A DNA stretch of 62,424 nt, filler included, from Stramenopiles sp. TOSAG23-3 (GCA_900128585.1; 7 parts of 7 records of this genome joined end to end with filler, not necessarily neighbours in it), one strand, 5' to 3'; counted from the whole stretch's first letter, positions 33,288 through 45,235 are shown. Notes: generated from the letters alone by a model not told the origin. Translations and numbers: made by a program.

Positions 33288-33402
33288 AGTTCGCAGTACA
33301 TGAAGGAACGTAAACCTTTAATGGGCCAAAGGAGCAGATTCATTTTCACGGTACACGAGGAAGATAAATTTTAATTACTTAAATAACAGCCAATTATTTG
33401 TT
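33288..33402 (-). repeat. Dispersed 3'-intergenic repeat family, most complete copy
   Basis: Contains all three modules: AGTTCGCAGTACAT, GAGCAGATTCATTTTCACGGTACACGAGGAAGATAAA and TTTAATTACTTAAATAACAGCCAATT. Confidence 0.85.
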
Positions 33403-33999
33403 TTTATGAAGAAATAAGATCACACACACATCGCAACGCGCAGCTGGAAAGTATTCATATAACTTGAGAGCTCCCAGCTAAGAATTTTATTAGTCACACA
33501 GCACTAAATTAGATGCTGTATATCCCGTTGAGGGACGTTTTTCAGAAAGTGACACCACTCCCCTGAGCCTAACACTAATTTATAAACGGCGCTCTGACTA
33601 TGTAAATACAAACAATACATTGAATACTACCAGAGAATTAGCATTATCAGAGCATAAAAAGGAATAACCCTAGTTATTAGACTGAATACAAATCGGAAAA
33701 AACGACACCACTTCGGGCAAATAACAGCGCACAGCATCAATTAAAAATATTTCATGAGTTAATTCCTGCTGTGTGTGGATAATCGGGCTTCTTTTTGTTG
33801 TTGTGCAACGTGCAACACTCAAGACTCTATTTTATAAATACAGGTACAGGTGCAGACAGCAGTTAACAAAAAAGGCACAACTTTAAGGATACGCACACAA
33901 ATACATTAAGGATATAAAGTATCATTTATATACATAAACTCTCCATTGTGTAGAGGAAGTCACTATAGTTCAGTTGTTAGCAACGATTATGGTCTAGGC

Positions 34000-34072
34000 A
34001 CCCGTGTGGCGCAATGGATAGCGCATCTGACTTCTAATCAGGGGGTTGCAGGTTCGAGTCCTGCCTCGGGTA
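34000..34072 (+). tRNA. tRNA-Arg (anticodon UCU), intronless
   Basis: Cloverleaf: acceptor ACCCGTG/CTCGGGT (one U-U mismatch); D arm GCGC-AATGGATA-GCGC with A20; anticodon arm TCTGA-CTTCTAA-TCAGG; T arm GCAGG-TTCGAGT-CCTGC. Confidence 0.95.
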
Positions 34073-34076
34073 AAAC

Positions 34077-34083
34077 TTTTTTT
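34077..34083 (+). terminator. RNA polymerase III oligo-T terminator
   Basis: T7 run beginning 5 nt after the tRNA 3' end. Confidence 0.8.
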
Positions 34084-34742
34084 CATGCTTATTTTACGGT
34101 AATCATCAATACCTGACCTTAAAGTCTTTTCTTCACCGAATTTTTCATCTTCCAAAATCAAAGATTTTATCACTTGGAATATATAACATTTAGCTAAAGT
34201 TGTGTAGAGTTAATTTTGGAAGTACCAAATAGGCCCGTAATTTTTTTTAAAGGCGCAAGCTATCGTTGTTTCAATTCCAATTAAATTATAGACGACTAAC
34301 TGGTACATCAATTAATTCTGAGTCGTTTTACCTAAAAGATCCGAAAATCTGGAAAGTGATGGTCTCCTACTATTGCTTGTGTTATTTTAGGTCGCAAAAA
34401 TACAGCCACAGAGCGCCGACTATGATGAGAGAAGAGGCAATAATTATTATTTCTCATACATTATTTGTTTTTTTACTATTTGCTAAAGCTTGTTGTTGTT
34501 GATAAAAAAAATTGTTGTCGTGCGTGTTTTAGAAGAACAAAAAAAAAAAGGACATATTAACATGTAGTACGGTGAACGATATATGATAGTATTGATGATA
34601 CAGCGTTCATGCATACTGCAGGAATTAATACCGCGCCAGCGAAACTCGAGAGAATTCGCATACCATCTACCGCGTCACCCATTTGTGTTGAGCATTTTCA
34701 TGTATCTGTAAGCGCTCCCCCACTTCCGAGATACAACTCATT

Positions 34743-37700
34743 ATGTCAACGGTAGACGAAATACTGCATGCTGCTGAAGAGTCAGACGACGAGGAGGCAA
34801 CTTTCAGTAAAATGAAACTTGAAGACATTTTGAATTCAAAAGACGATGAATTACTTCAACCAGTTGCGCGGGCCGTGTCGTCAGATACAGGAGTCTGTGT
34901 GAACGCCAATCCTGATTATAGCAGCGTTGAAACAACACGCTACGATGAAGTTTACGGAACCCGAAATTCAAGTGTTGACGCCAGAGAATTAAACGATATT
35001 CTAGGTGAAGAAGAGGAAGAAGATGCCGCTTCAACACTAGACAAAATATTAGCTGAAAGCGAAGAAAACTTGATTGCAAAGAACAACAGAGAAACAAATG
35101 ACCGAAAAGACTATTTGGACACCGTAAGTTTTCAAAAATCTACTTGCTTATGACTTCAAACAATAGAACTTTCGCTCTAACACACACGTTCCCCCCCCCC
35201 TGTAACTATTCTATATCCCGAAGGAAACGGTATCTGCGTTTGCACGTGCAGAGAACGAATCCGAATACCTATTTTCACCCTCTTCGATGGATGGTCTGTC
35301 CCCCCTTGAGATCAAACGACGTGTGAAGAAGAAACCGTACTTGCGAACTCAGTTGGTTTTACCTTCGCAGAAAATCCAAGACAAACTGCCTTCACCATCG
35401 TCTATGTTTCCTTCTGGGGCGCGGTATTATGCCGACCGCAATACTGGGAATGGAATTAGAATAGATGCATTTAAAAATATATCAAAACTTCTCGTCAAAA
35501 ATGCTTCTTTTAAGCACAATGGTACAGGCCTACCAACTGCTATGGCTCCACACAACAAATTTATTGCCATTGGAACTTCTCACAGTCTTGTTATAGTGTT
35601 TGATCACTTCGAAGAGGTTAGGATTGTGCTGGGGTCCATGGAGAACACTGCAGATGGGGCTGTGACATCAATTGATTTCTCTATGGATAATGATGGGTAT
35701 TTAGTTTGTGGGTATTATAGCGGTAAAGTTGTTCTATGGGATGTAATAGGTGGGAAAGAACTTAAGATAATCCAAGATGCCCATGATTCCCCAATAATAA
35801 ACGTGCGATTTTGGCCAGCATCAACATCTGCAGTATCAATAGTTTCGGTCGACATGCAAGGCCGCATTAATCTTTTCACCTTCTTGAAGCGCCTATTCAC
35901 TTGGAGCGTTGATAGGCGCTGTTTAATCAATGAAAGTACTGGTCAAAAAGTAGCTTTATGCGTATTGCCTAGGAAAAGCAAAAGCCGTGCACCGGATAAA
36001 GGAAAGTGTGGAAGTGCAGAGCCTCAACTCTTGGCATTTAGCACTCATTCCGATACATATTTGGTTTCGCTATACCCAGAGCCAAGAATCTTAAAGCGAT
36101 GGTCGAAACCCGGAAATGTTACTGCTGGTGAGTTACCGTGTTTGTCCCTCGGGTGGTCACTAGCGTGGCAGACAAATAAATTGGAGAAGGCAAAAAGTAC
36201 AGCTGGTCGTGATTTGCATCCATCATTATGTCGCGGTTGGGATCGATATCTTCAAATAGTAGCTGTACAAAGTCCTGTGGGGAGTGTAGAAGGCGATTGT
36301 CAATTCAATGTAAGTCACGTGTTTTGTACTGATCTCCCTATTGTACTCGTCGATTGGGTGTGCGAAAAGAGAATTGTTTACATGAACACCGAGCATATAT
36401 TTGTCGTATTAGATTTGATTTCTGGCACAGAAGTAGAAGCAGTAAATTTAGAGTCTGCGTCTCTTGCCTACGCAACTCTACCAAGTGGAAAAATAAACGA
36501 TGAAAATGTGGGAGGCACAAAACATTTGTTGTCTACAACTTGTGCGCATGTCCAATCTTACTTCAATAGTGTTCGGGCATGTGACTCTCGGATTTACGTA
36601 CTAGGGCAAAAAGATTTGCGCTGCGTGAGCATTCAATCTTGGCAAAACCAAGTAAAAATTTTGCAACGAAATGGTGATTGGATAGAGGCATTGCTTCTAG
36701 CATTGGAAAATTACAAACTGGAAAAAAAATCTATTGGAGAGGTAAGTGAATATGATAGTGACCTTACAAACCATGTAAATAGAGAGGGAAAACAAGCAAT
36801 GAATGGTGCAAACGATTCTCTTGTTGCTGACCTTTTGATGGAATATGTAGATATCAGTCTAGGGAAACACGCGGGAAACCTTGATGGTTCGTACAAAATT
36901 GTCGGAGAAATGTGCATCGACTACTGCGCAAATATTGCAAGAAACGATTTGCTGTTTGGGCCGATATATGAAAGATTTATTAAAATTGGGCAACGTAGTA
37001 CATTTTTGAATACGTTGCAGAAATACATATTGGGTGGTAAAGTCAAGCATGTCCCCGCTGTCGTAATGAAGGACTATCTTGATTTTTATCAGTTGCATGG
37101 ACAATTTTTGACAATTGAAAACTCTTTGTTGAAATTAAACCCAAAAAAGTTTGATTTTGACGGAATAATCAAGTTTTGTGCGAACCATAAGTTGTACGAC
37201 GCACTGATTTATGTCTTTAATTGCGGTATGCAAGACTTTACATCACCATTTCAGTTTTTGAAAGACCACGTCGTTGCCCAATGTGATCTTGACGGCCAGA
37301 CAGAGACACCCCTTGAAGATTTGTGCTTAAGAATGGAATCAAATTGGGGAGAAGAAGTTGAAATCTGCGGCCGAAAATTGATTGCATATGCAGCTTCTGT
37401 TTTGGTCGAAAAGAATGTGATTGAGGAAGTTGCTGGATTATCGTTCCCTCGAGATCAAGTTTTAGACTTTTTATTTCAGGAAAGGTCCAGGTTCACTCTA
37501 AAAATTATGTTGATTGTTGATGCTTCCCAATTCTTTGATATATTCCGCGGGATTTTTTTTAAAGATCCTAAACTAGAAAGTTCTATTGCTATTTGGGTTC
37601 CGATGCTCAATGAATTGCTGTCTTTTGAAAATTTGTCCGTAGATCTTCGAAACTTGAGATTTGCTTCCATTTTAATCAAGTTTGTCTTGTTCATTGCTGA

Positions 37701-39174
37701 TATATATTCAATTTGTGTGCCTAAACACGATTTAGTTGAGCTGACCAGGAACTGTCTGTGTCATCTGTTTGCCTTCGCGCAATTGGAGATGTATGCAAAA
37801 GAGACAGAAAGATGCGTGCCACAATTTCTTCAACTGCTCCTTACCCAAGTACCATTTCCCTTGCGCGCAAAATCTCTTGAGGGCATGGAGGAGAAAATTA
37901 AGTGCGTCCCCAAAGCTCTTGGTTTATTTTATGAAAATCATGGTGAATATGGGAAAGCTTTAAGTGCATATGTGCTCTCATTGGATTCTGAAGTTTTTCG
38001 TATGGTGCTCCAAGCTTTCACGTCTGATAGAGTTCAAATAAGTGATGAAGACAAGATTGACTTGAGGCGGCTAGTGCTTACTAATTTACCTAAATTTGTA
38101 TTAATTGACCGGAAGCAAACATCGTTATTAATTCGTTCAATTTTTCCTGGGCAGCATGCTATTGTATTAAATGATATCGGCGACCCGTTGCTTCAGTTTG
38201 AATATTTAAAACAGCTGATAAGTAAAGATATCACGGCAAACGAAAAATTTGAACCGGAAATTTATAACCAATATGTGAAGGTAAGTAAAATTTGATTAGA
38301 TCATTGTTTCATCATTTCCTTAACTAACATTATTAACTAACATTATCTCATGTTTTGGCGCAAAAAGCTGCTTTGCCAGTTTGATAGAAACAACGTGCTA
38401 GATTTTTTGCGTAAAGAAGATGGGTATTCACTCGATAAAGTTTTATGCGTAACAAAAGAATATGCAATTCTAGATGCAACTGCGTATTTGCTAGTCAGAA
38501 CTGGTAATGTGACCGAAGCTGTTAATTTGCTTGTGTTGGACATGGCAGAGTCCATGTCTGAGACAAAGTTGAGCGCACTGGTTGATTTAATTTCCAGCAT
38601 AGATGATGAAAAACAATGGTTTATTGTACTGGATGCATTGATTGCCCAAAAGCAGACAAACTCATCCAACCCTCTTGCAAACAAGCTTATCCATAAATTG
38701 TTGGAGTCCATGAAGTTTAATGTTAATTTAAAATCAGTTTTGTTACATTTGACAGATAATGGATCTGGTGAGAAAGAAACTCTAGGCGCATTTCGGACAA
38801 CAATCAATAGTATGCTTGGAAATATCACTTATGAAAAAGAAGTATTGAAAAGCGTAAAAAAGTTGCAAGTTGAGACAACGTACAAAAGCATTCAAAGTAG
38901 ACATAAATTAAGATGCGGGGCAGCAACAGATGTTGACATATGGGACTCGACAATATTGTTGGATGACCATAATAGCAAAATTGCTGGAAGCATTGAGTTT
39001 GGAAAAAGGAGACAGAGGAAAATGATGAAACGTTACAAAGCAAAAATCTCGACGAGACATCGCCGTTTCTTATCAAGTTATTTTCGAATAAATAAAGAGA
39101 ATACCAATCGCAGTGGGGATAAACCAGTGGGTATTATTAGGTCAAGTAACTTGTTATTTTCTTCTGTGATTTAA
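34743..39174 (+). CDS. VPS8: CORVET subunit Vps8; join(34743..35123,35224..38280,38368..39174)
   Basis: GLPTAMA...FIAIGTSHSLVIVFD, GDWIEALLLA, FCANHKLYDALIYVFNCGMQDFTSP, YNQYVK|LLCQFDRNNVLDFLR. Two phase-0 GT-AG introns join the three ORFs in frame. Confidence 0.9.
35124..35223 (+). other. Spliceosomal intron 1 of VPS8 (100 nt)
   Basis: GTAAGT donor, CTCTAAC branch point, C-rich tract, AG acceptor; removal keeps the frame. Confidence 0.8.
38281..38367 (+). other. Spliceosomal intron 2 of VPS8 (87 nt)
   Basis: GTAAGT donor, duplicated ACTAAC branch motif, AAAAAG acceptor; removal keeps the frame and restores the YVK|LLCQFD motif. Confidence 0.88.
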
Positions 39175-40259
39175 AAAACGGAAGAGAGAAGGAAATATTC
39201 AACAAAAAGCATGATTCCATTATTAATAGGCATAAAAAAACAAAACAGTCACGCCTACTGTGCAAACTGTAGCGGATCTTCCTAGGAAGAAGGACCAAGT
39301 ATTGTAGGTTATAGTTCGGAAGATATAGAGAACACCGTGTTAAGCCAAGACACTGCATTTTGTTGGCAAAGGATGACATTGTCCTGGATTCCTCATCTCA
39401 CTTAACAGAACAGGAACCAGTTGCTTCCAAGGTGGGTAAATACATTGGTGCACATATATCTACCTGCAATTAGCTCAGTTACAGTGGAAATTCCAATTTA
39501 GAAGTTGCAAGAAGCAGCAAGCAGTTCTCTCGATTAGCATAGTCTGTCCATATCTTATCAAGAACCATTATCCGTCGGCCATAGCCGGCGTCTTGAATTG
39601 CCTTTTTGCTGTTATTAAAGCAAAATAATGGCTGTTATGTAGAAAGTTTGTTATTTTTAAAAAAATGCTTAGAGTAGAAGTCATTTATTATTAATCGGGT
39701 AATTGGAATCTTGACCAGAAATTGTGAAGGATCTGCAACAGGAGCAGATATTGTTATTGAACTGATACCCCCTTTTTCCTTTTATTCATAATTTTCCGGC
39801 TACACAAAAAACAATATCAGCCTCTGTTCAAGCCACAGCATATTGCCGGGAGGAGAAGGAATTGATCATGCACGCGGTAACACCGTCCCTAAGAAGAGTG
39901 ACCTCCCTAGAGATTACTATTTTGCAAAACGTCGGAGGAAGAACCGATTGAGTGGGATGTCAGTTCACCAGATACGACGAATCACCGAGGGAAAAATCGC
40001 CCCCGGCTGTTCCAAAAGTAAGAGATATTGGGAACACTAGCAAGCCAACAGTACATAAGATGAAGAGAGAAAAACGATTAAATTTTGGTGGAAGTCAAAC
40101 AAAAAGTCAAGAGAAAAACAAACAGAAAAAAAAGGAACAAAAAATTAGTACGAACACAAGAACGTATTGTCCCCGAAAGAGAAAAAAGAAAAAATTAACC
40201 TGAATGGTTTAACAACAAATTTAAGCTAGATCGGTTTAACATCAAATCGAAACATTAAG

Positions 40260-40445
40260 AACAAGAAAATTGGCTGTTAATTTAAGTAATTAAAATTAAT
40301 TTATACTGCGAACTGAAACATTTTACTTTTAAAATTTAGATAAACTGAAATTAGTTTTTTTTTAAAACAAGAAAATTGCCTGTTATTTAAGTAATTAAAT
40401 TTAGCTTCGTCGTATCCTAATCCTAACTTGGTTCTGTAATTTCGT
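40260..40445 (+). repeat. Dispersed 3'-intergenic repeat family, two tandem copies
   Basis: ACAAGAAAATTGGCTGTTAATTTAAGTAATTAAAATT...ATACTGCGAACTGAAA, and AACAAGAAAATTGCCTGTTATTTAAGTAATTAAATTTAGCTTC...CCTAATCCTAACTTGGTTCTG. Confidence 0.85.
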
Positions 40446-40494
40446 CTCATTGATGATTGTCAATCATTTTTTTTTAAAGTGGAGTCCATGAACT

Positions 40495-40594
40495 NNNNNN
40501 NNNNNNNNNNNNNNNNNNNNNNNNNNNNNNNNNNNNNNTTAATTAATTAANNNNNNNNNNNNNNNNNNNNNNNNNNNNNNNNNNNNNNNNNNNN
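40495..40594. other. Artificial contig-joining linker
   Basis: 44 N + TTAATTAATTAA + 44 N. Confidence 0.97.
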
Positions 40595-40674
40595 TCGATG
40601 GAATGGTGGTATAGAGTTCGGCTCTTTCCCCATTAATTATCGCGTGTGTAAACACCGTACAATTTATAGAAGGG

Positions 40675-42507
40675 ATGTCGACCCCAGAAGAGCGTCTTCT
40701 TGCAACTGGCTGTCGCCTGCCCCCAGCCCCGGAGCCATTCGGTGCCTATCGGCCAACGGTTGATGTACAGACCCAAAGCGATGGGTCCATCCTGTGTTAT
40801 GTATCCGGCCATGGACCGCAGCTTCCAGATAAATCGTTCATGCATGGGAAGGTCGGGGTGGATATGACGAAAGAGGAAGCCGTCCGAGCTTCAAAACAGA
40901 CGGCGCTGTCCGTGTTGGCAACGTTGAGAAATCGTCACGGAACGTTGAACGCAGTGAAACGAATTCTTAAATCGCTTGTCATGGTAAATTGTGTTCCGAG
41001 TTTTACCGATCATATTGCTGTTGCGAACGGGTATTCTGAATTTATGAAGGAAATATTTGGGGATAGTGGTGTCGGGGTTAGAAGTGCAGTCGGCATGGGA
41101 AGTTTGCCAATGCATACACCAGTGGAAGTCGAATTACAAGTAGAATTTTTCCCGCCCAAGGGTCGCGGCTACCCATTGTACGATAGCGTTGTAAACTGTT
41201 GTGGCCATTTCACGTCGCTGGGGGGATCATTGATTCACCCAAAGGCTATGGAAGCGATGATTCGCGTCTCGAAACATTTTGTCGACTTGAACGAACTGAT
41301 TGTCAACGCTGGTGAACGCATCAAAGACCTTTGCAACGCACCGCCTGGGTACAATGGTCATGTAACATGTGGAGCGGCGGCAGGACTCTCCCTCTCCGCC
41401 ATCGCGTGCATTGCCAAAGGGATGGGACACGATGGGTTCGATCCTGCCGTTATTTCTTCTCTTCCCAAGATCCCGCCGACTTGCAGCCGAAGGGTAATTC
41501 TAGTAGACGCCGGGTCAGATATGCGGTGGTTGCAGTCCATTGAACTCTCGGGCGCCAAAGTTGTTGCCGTTGGTGCAGGGGGCAGAAAACCCATGACTGA
41601 GGCCGACCTGCAGGCGGCACTTAGCAAATACGCTGAAACTATTGCGGGCCTGTACTATTTCAGTGGTGGCGGTGAGAATATTTTGTCAATTGGAGACGTA
41701 GTGGACGTTGTCAGGCGGAACCATGCACTCGACATCCCAATCATTGTGGACGCGGCCGCTCGCCTTCCCCCAGTTTCGAACTTGACGTTGTTTGTCGAAA
41801 CATACGGTGTTGACTGTGTTCTATTTTCAGGTGGGAAAATAGTAAAGGGTCCCCAATCGTCCGGGTTCATGATAGGAAAAGACTGGCTCATTCGCGCTGC
41901 CCGAGCAAGCGCGTGCCCGAATGAGTCAACTGTAGGAAGGCCAATGAAGACGTCGAAAGAGAGCGTTGTAGGGCTCGTAGCAGCCCTCGAAGAGTTTGTC
42001 AAGGATAATAAGGCCTATCCCCACGAAGCAAATTGCATTGCACGCTTCATCGCAGGAGGCCTTCTGGCAGGCCCACGGGGGCTGCAACATTATTTCGATG
42101 CCGTGCTGAGGAATGGGGAAGACGCGGGCATGAGCGATGTGCAGCCCAACATGCACGAGCTAGTGCATATAAAATTGAAGAACTTGAAGCTAGAAAACGA
42201 GTGTACCGGTGTCTCTCCTTCTTCGACCTCTTTGTACGGGGAAGGTGTAAACCATGGGAACCCAATGAAAATAATGGTGACTTCGCCAGCAACGTATCTC
42301 GCGGACCGACTGTCAAACTGTTCCCCCAGGCGAATAGCAGTAAATACGACTGAATCAGGGCTGTTGATAAACCCAATTGTGATGACAGAAGACGACGCGA
42401 GCTACGTGGTCGGCAAAATCTTTTCGGAAGTGGAAGGGATGGCTCGTCGCTTTGGAAGTGGAACATACAAAGAGGCCGCAAACGCACTAGCAAGTGCAAA
42501 GTTGTAA
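40675..42507 (+). CDS. Fusion of a Rid (YjgF/RidA superfamily, Rid1-like) domain and a DgaE/SelA-like PLP-dependent lyase domain, with C-terminal PTS1
   Basis: aa ~1-158: LPPAPEPFGAY, YVSGHGP, GKVG, VANGYSE, RSAVGMGSLP, VEVE. aa ~168-600: VVNCCGHFTSLGGS, VTCGAAAGL, PIIVDAAA, FSGGK(388)IVKGPQSSG, GRPMKTSKESVVGLVAALE. Ends in -AKL. Confidence 0.88.
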   Translation: MSTPEERLLATGCRLPPAPEPFGAYRPTVDVQTQSDGSILCYVSGHGPQLPDKSFMHGKVGVDMTKEEAVRASKQTALSVLATLRNRHGTLNAVKRILKSLVMVNCVPSFTDHIAVANGYSEFMKEIFGDSGVGVRSAVGMGSLPMHTPVEVELQVEFFPPKGRGYPLYDSVVNCCGHFTSLGGSLIHPKAMEAMIRVSKHFVDLNELIVNAGERIKDLCNAPPGYNGHVTCGAAAGLSLSAIACIAKGMGHDGFDPAVISSLPKIPPTCSRRVILVDAGSDMRWLQSIELSGAKVVAVGAGGRKPMTEADLQAALSKYAETIAGLYYFSGGGENILSIGDVVDVVRRNHALDIPIIVDAAARLPPVSNLTLFVETYGVDCVLFSGGKIVKGPQSSGFMIGKDWLIRAARASACPNESTVGRPMKTSKESVVGLVAALEEFVKDNKAYPHEANCIARFIAGGLLAGPRGLQHYFDAVLRNGEDAGMSDVQPNMHELVHIKLKNLKLENECTGVSPSSTSLYGEGVNHGNPMKIMVTSPATYLADRLSNCSPRRIAVNTTESGLLINPIVMTEDDASYVVGKIFSEVEGMARRFGSGTYKEAANALASAKL

Positions 42508-42666
42508 GAGTTCAAAGAATGTTTAAAAAACATATCATAGGTAAACTTAGACTTTTAGGTTGAGTATGAACTTTATTTGTACTCTGTGAATACCCAAGGG
42601 TCGAATTAATTTACATCAAACTTTATGAATGGTACACTATGCATTGCCTACCGTCCCTGGTCCACG

Positions 42667-43437
42667 TTACCGTTTCCTTTGCCGTTTCCAGCGGTAGACG
42701 GGGGGGGCGTCGCCCTCGCCGTCCTTGACCTTCTTCCTTCGACCTTTCCCCCCCAAATTCTTCTGCACATCAAGCTGCTGCGCGGCAGATTGGAGCTTCT
42801 CCTCCCGTTCGATTCGCTCGTTCAGTTCCCTGTACGCACGCTCTCGGCGTTTTTTTATTTTCTTCATCTGCCTCCTGTGCCTAACGTCGTCCTCTTCTGT
42901 CCCCCGGACCTTTGCCTCGGCCAACGCCTTTTTCCGTGGCCGGTTGTAGGCCCTGCCGCTGAGCTCTTCTACCGTGTCGAAATACTTCGTTGGGTTGAAC
43001 TCGTCGATCTCCTTCCGACTATCCACAAAAATGGTGTGCTTGTTGCCCCCGTCTTCTGTTAGAAACGCTAGGTTCGACTGAAGCTTTTCTATCTGGCTGG
43101 CCTCCTCGTTGATCTTGGTTTGTACATACGAACTATCTTGCGTCCTCATGATTTTCAAGACGTCCGCGGATATCGGGCCGTTGGCGGGCTCGCCGTTTCC
43201 ACCCACGTGGACTCCCCTCTTGGTCTCTTTCTTTTTCATGGAAAAATAGAACTCATCTGGGTTTCTAAACTCCGCCTTTTGCTTCAGCACACGCAGTCTC
43301 CCCTGCTTACGCCGGTAGTCTCGCGCCCGAAGGCGGTAATCCTTCGCTTTCTCCAACAGTCCAAATTTCGCCCGGTGCGCCGGCTGCGCCCGCTCCTTGT
43401 GCGTCTTTCGCTTCACCGCATTCCTCAGGGAAGCCAT
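42667..43437 (-). CDS. UTP11: U3 snoRNP-associated protein 11
   Basis: MASLRNAVKRKTHKERAQP...GLLEKAKDYRLRARDY, FRNPDEFYFSM, YNRPR, PPVYRWKRQRKR. Confidence 0.97.
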   Translation of the reverse strand: MASLRNAVKRKTHKERAQPAHRAKFGLLEKAKDYRLRARDYRRKQGRLRVLKQKAEFRNPDEFYFSMKKKETKRGVHVGGNGEPANGPISADVLKIMRTQDSSYVQTKINEEASQIEKLQSNLAFLTEDGGNKHTIFVDSRKEIDEFNPTKYFDTVEELSGRAYNRPRKKALAEAKVRGTEEDDVRHRRQMKKIKKRRERAYRELNERIEREEKLQSAAQQLDVQKNLGGKGRRKKVKDGEGDAPPVYRWKRQRKR

Positions 43438-43619
43438 CCTGGTATGTCAGGTGTTCGTTCGGTTTTTACTCTACGACGACTACTGCTAATAATAAAACAA
43501 GAACATGAAGTGTGTGAGCAAAGAACCTCTTGTTCTTTCCCCTTCGTGCATCTGATATTCTCTCTTTGTGTTTATATATATAAAGTACATATACATTGTA
43601 CTAGATGATTTTATTGCAA

Positions 43620-44046
43620 AAGCGAAAGCGAAGAAAGAAGAAGAAAAAAAAAGAAGAAGAAGACGACGACAAAAAAAAAAAAGTAAGAAGGAGGTAGGAG
43701 GAGAGAAGAAGAGAAGCAGAAGAAGAAGAAAAGAAGAAGAAGAAGAAGAAGAAGAAGAAGAAGAAGAAGAAGAGAAGAAGAAAAGAAAGAAGAAAGGAGA
43801 AAGAAGAAGAAAAGGAAGAAGAAAAGGGAAGAAGAAGAAGAAGAAGAAGAAGAAGAAGAAGAAGAAGAAGAAGAAGAAGAAGAAGAAGAAGAAAAGAAAG
43901 AAGTAAGGAGAAAGAAGAAGAAGAAGAAGAAGAAGAAGAAGAAAGAAGAAGAAGAAGAAGAAGAAGAAGAAGAAGAGAAGAAGAAAAGAAAGAAGAAGAA
44001 AAGGAAGAAGAAGAAAAGAAGAAAAGAAGAAAAGAAGAAAGAAAAC
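43620..44046. repeat. ~430-bp (GAA)n purine tract
   Basis: Directly visible; almost pure A/G on the + strand. Confidence 0.95.
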
Positions 44047-44697
44047 AAAATATAATATAAAAAAGTACTTCTTCCTTCCTTTTCCTCCTCTGCCTTTTAT
44101 TTAACTGCTCTGTAAATAGTCTTTTATTTATATAGGCCTCATGGTAGCCGTATGATTATCGGCTCATAACATACTCTCTTATTTATATAGGTGAATATGT
44201 TGAATAATACATACTTTAAGTAGTATAATACATACGTAGTCGTCTTTTTTTAATTATAACTTAATGAAGATATAACATTACGTAGTACTAGGAATGATTA
44301 AGATGAATGTAATTATAATAATAATTAGAATACAATATTATTTCATTCCTTCTCTACTTCATATGCACCACAAATATTTTAATGATTCTCTGACCTTCAG
44401 GGTCTCTTTATTTTAGTCATATAGCATATAGCACAGCATTAAAGAAAGAAAGGTACTGTAACATCGACATAGTATTTAATTAAGTAAATCAATATTTCTA
44501 TATGAAAACTTTCCATCACTTTTTTTACTTTCGCGAATATTCTATTTGATATTAGATATATAAAACCCAAAAAAAGTGAGATAAATAATTGTTCATCTTT
44601 CTTCTATATATATGTTATCCTTAATTATTAAAAGGACAATATCAAAGGGAATAAATTGGAATTTCATTCGATTGAATTGGATGGCCAAGAAGGATTG

Positions 44698-44890
44698 AGG
44701 AAAGAAAGAAAAGAGAAGAAAGAAAGAGAAGAAAGAAAGAGAAGAAGAAAGAGAAGAAAGAAAGAGATCTCTTAAAAACCCTAATAGTATCCATTCCTCT
44801 TCTCCCTTTGTTATGCAATTATGGACAGGAGAAAGGAATGAGAAAGGAATGAGAAAGGAATGAGAAAGAAAGAAAGAAAGAAAGAAAGAG
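44698..44890. repeat. (GAAA)n and GAGAAAGGAAT x3 purine repeats
   Basis: Directly visible. Confidence 0.85.
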
Positions 44891-45235
44891 TAGTAGTATA
44901 GGTAGTACTCGAGAAAATAATTATTTTGTTACAGTATATATAAATAATAATAAAAAAAAATTTTTTATTAAAAAATGAAGAACAGTAATATAAAAAAAAT
45001 CTAATAAAATATAATAAAAAAATATTTCGTTTAATAATTGAACTACATCCAAAATAATTTAAATAGCATATATTTCGTTTGAAAAGAATGAAAGAAAGGA
45101 GCGAGAAGAAATGAAGTAGAAAAGTGCACTTACATTGTTTTAGATTTTGTACATTTTCTAGTTCATTAGTTTCCTTACCTTACTTTTCTTTCAGGGTTAG
45201 TTTCATTTTCCATTAACTACCGACCGACTATACGG

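Noticed and set aside
34000-34072. tRNA as an integration site for a mobile element
   Set aside because: No duplicated tRNA 3' end, integrase or transposase was seen on the contig.
39180-40210. Possible gene or pseudogene downstream of VPS8
   Set aside because: Only short ORFs in all frames and no recognisable motif.
41170-42507. True selenocysteine synthase SelA
   Set aside because: Lacks the SelA N-terminal tRNA-binding region, the motifs fit the DgaE-like branch better, and no selenoprotein machinery is nearby.
43568-44048. Poly-K/E/R and poly-F/S/L ORFs (also at 9258-9626 and 27543-27851)
   Set aside because: These are translations of GAA/TTC microsatellites, not genes.
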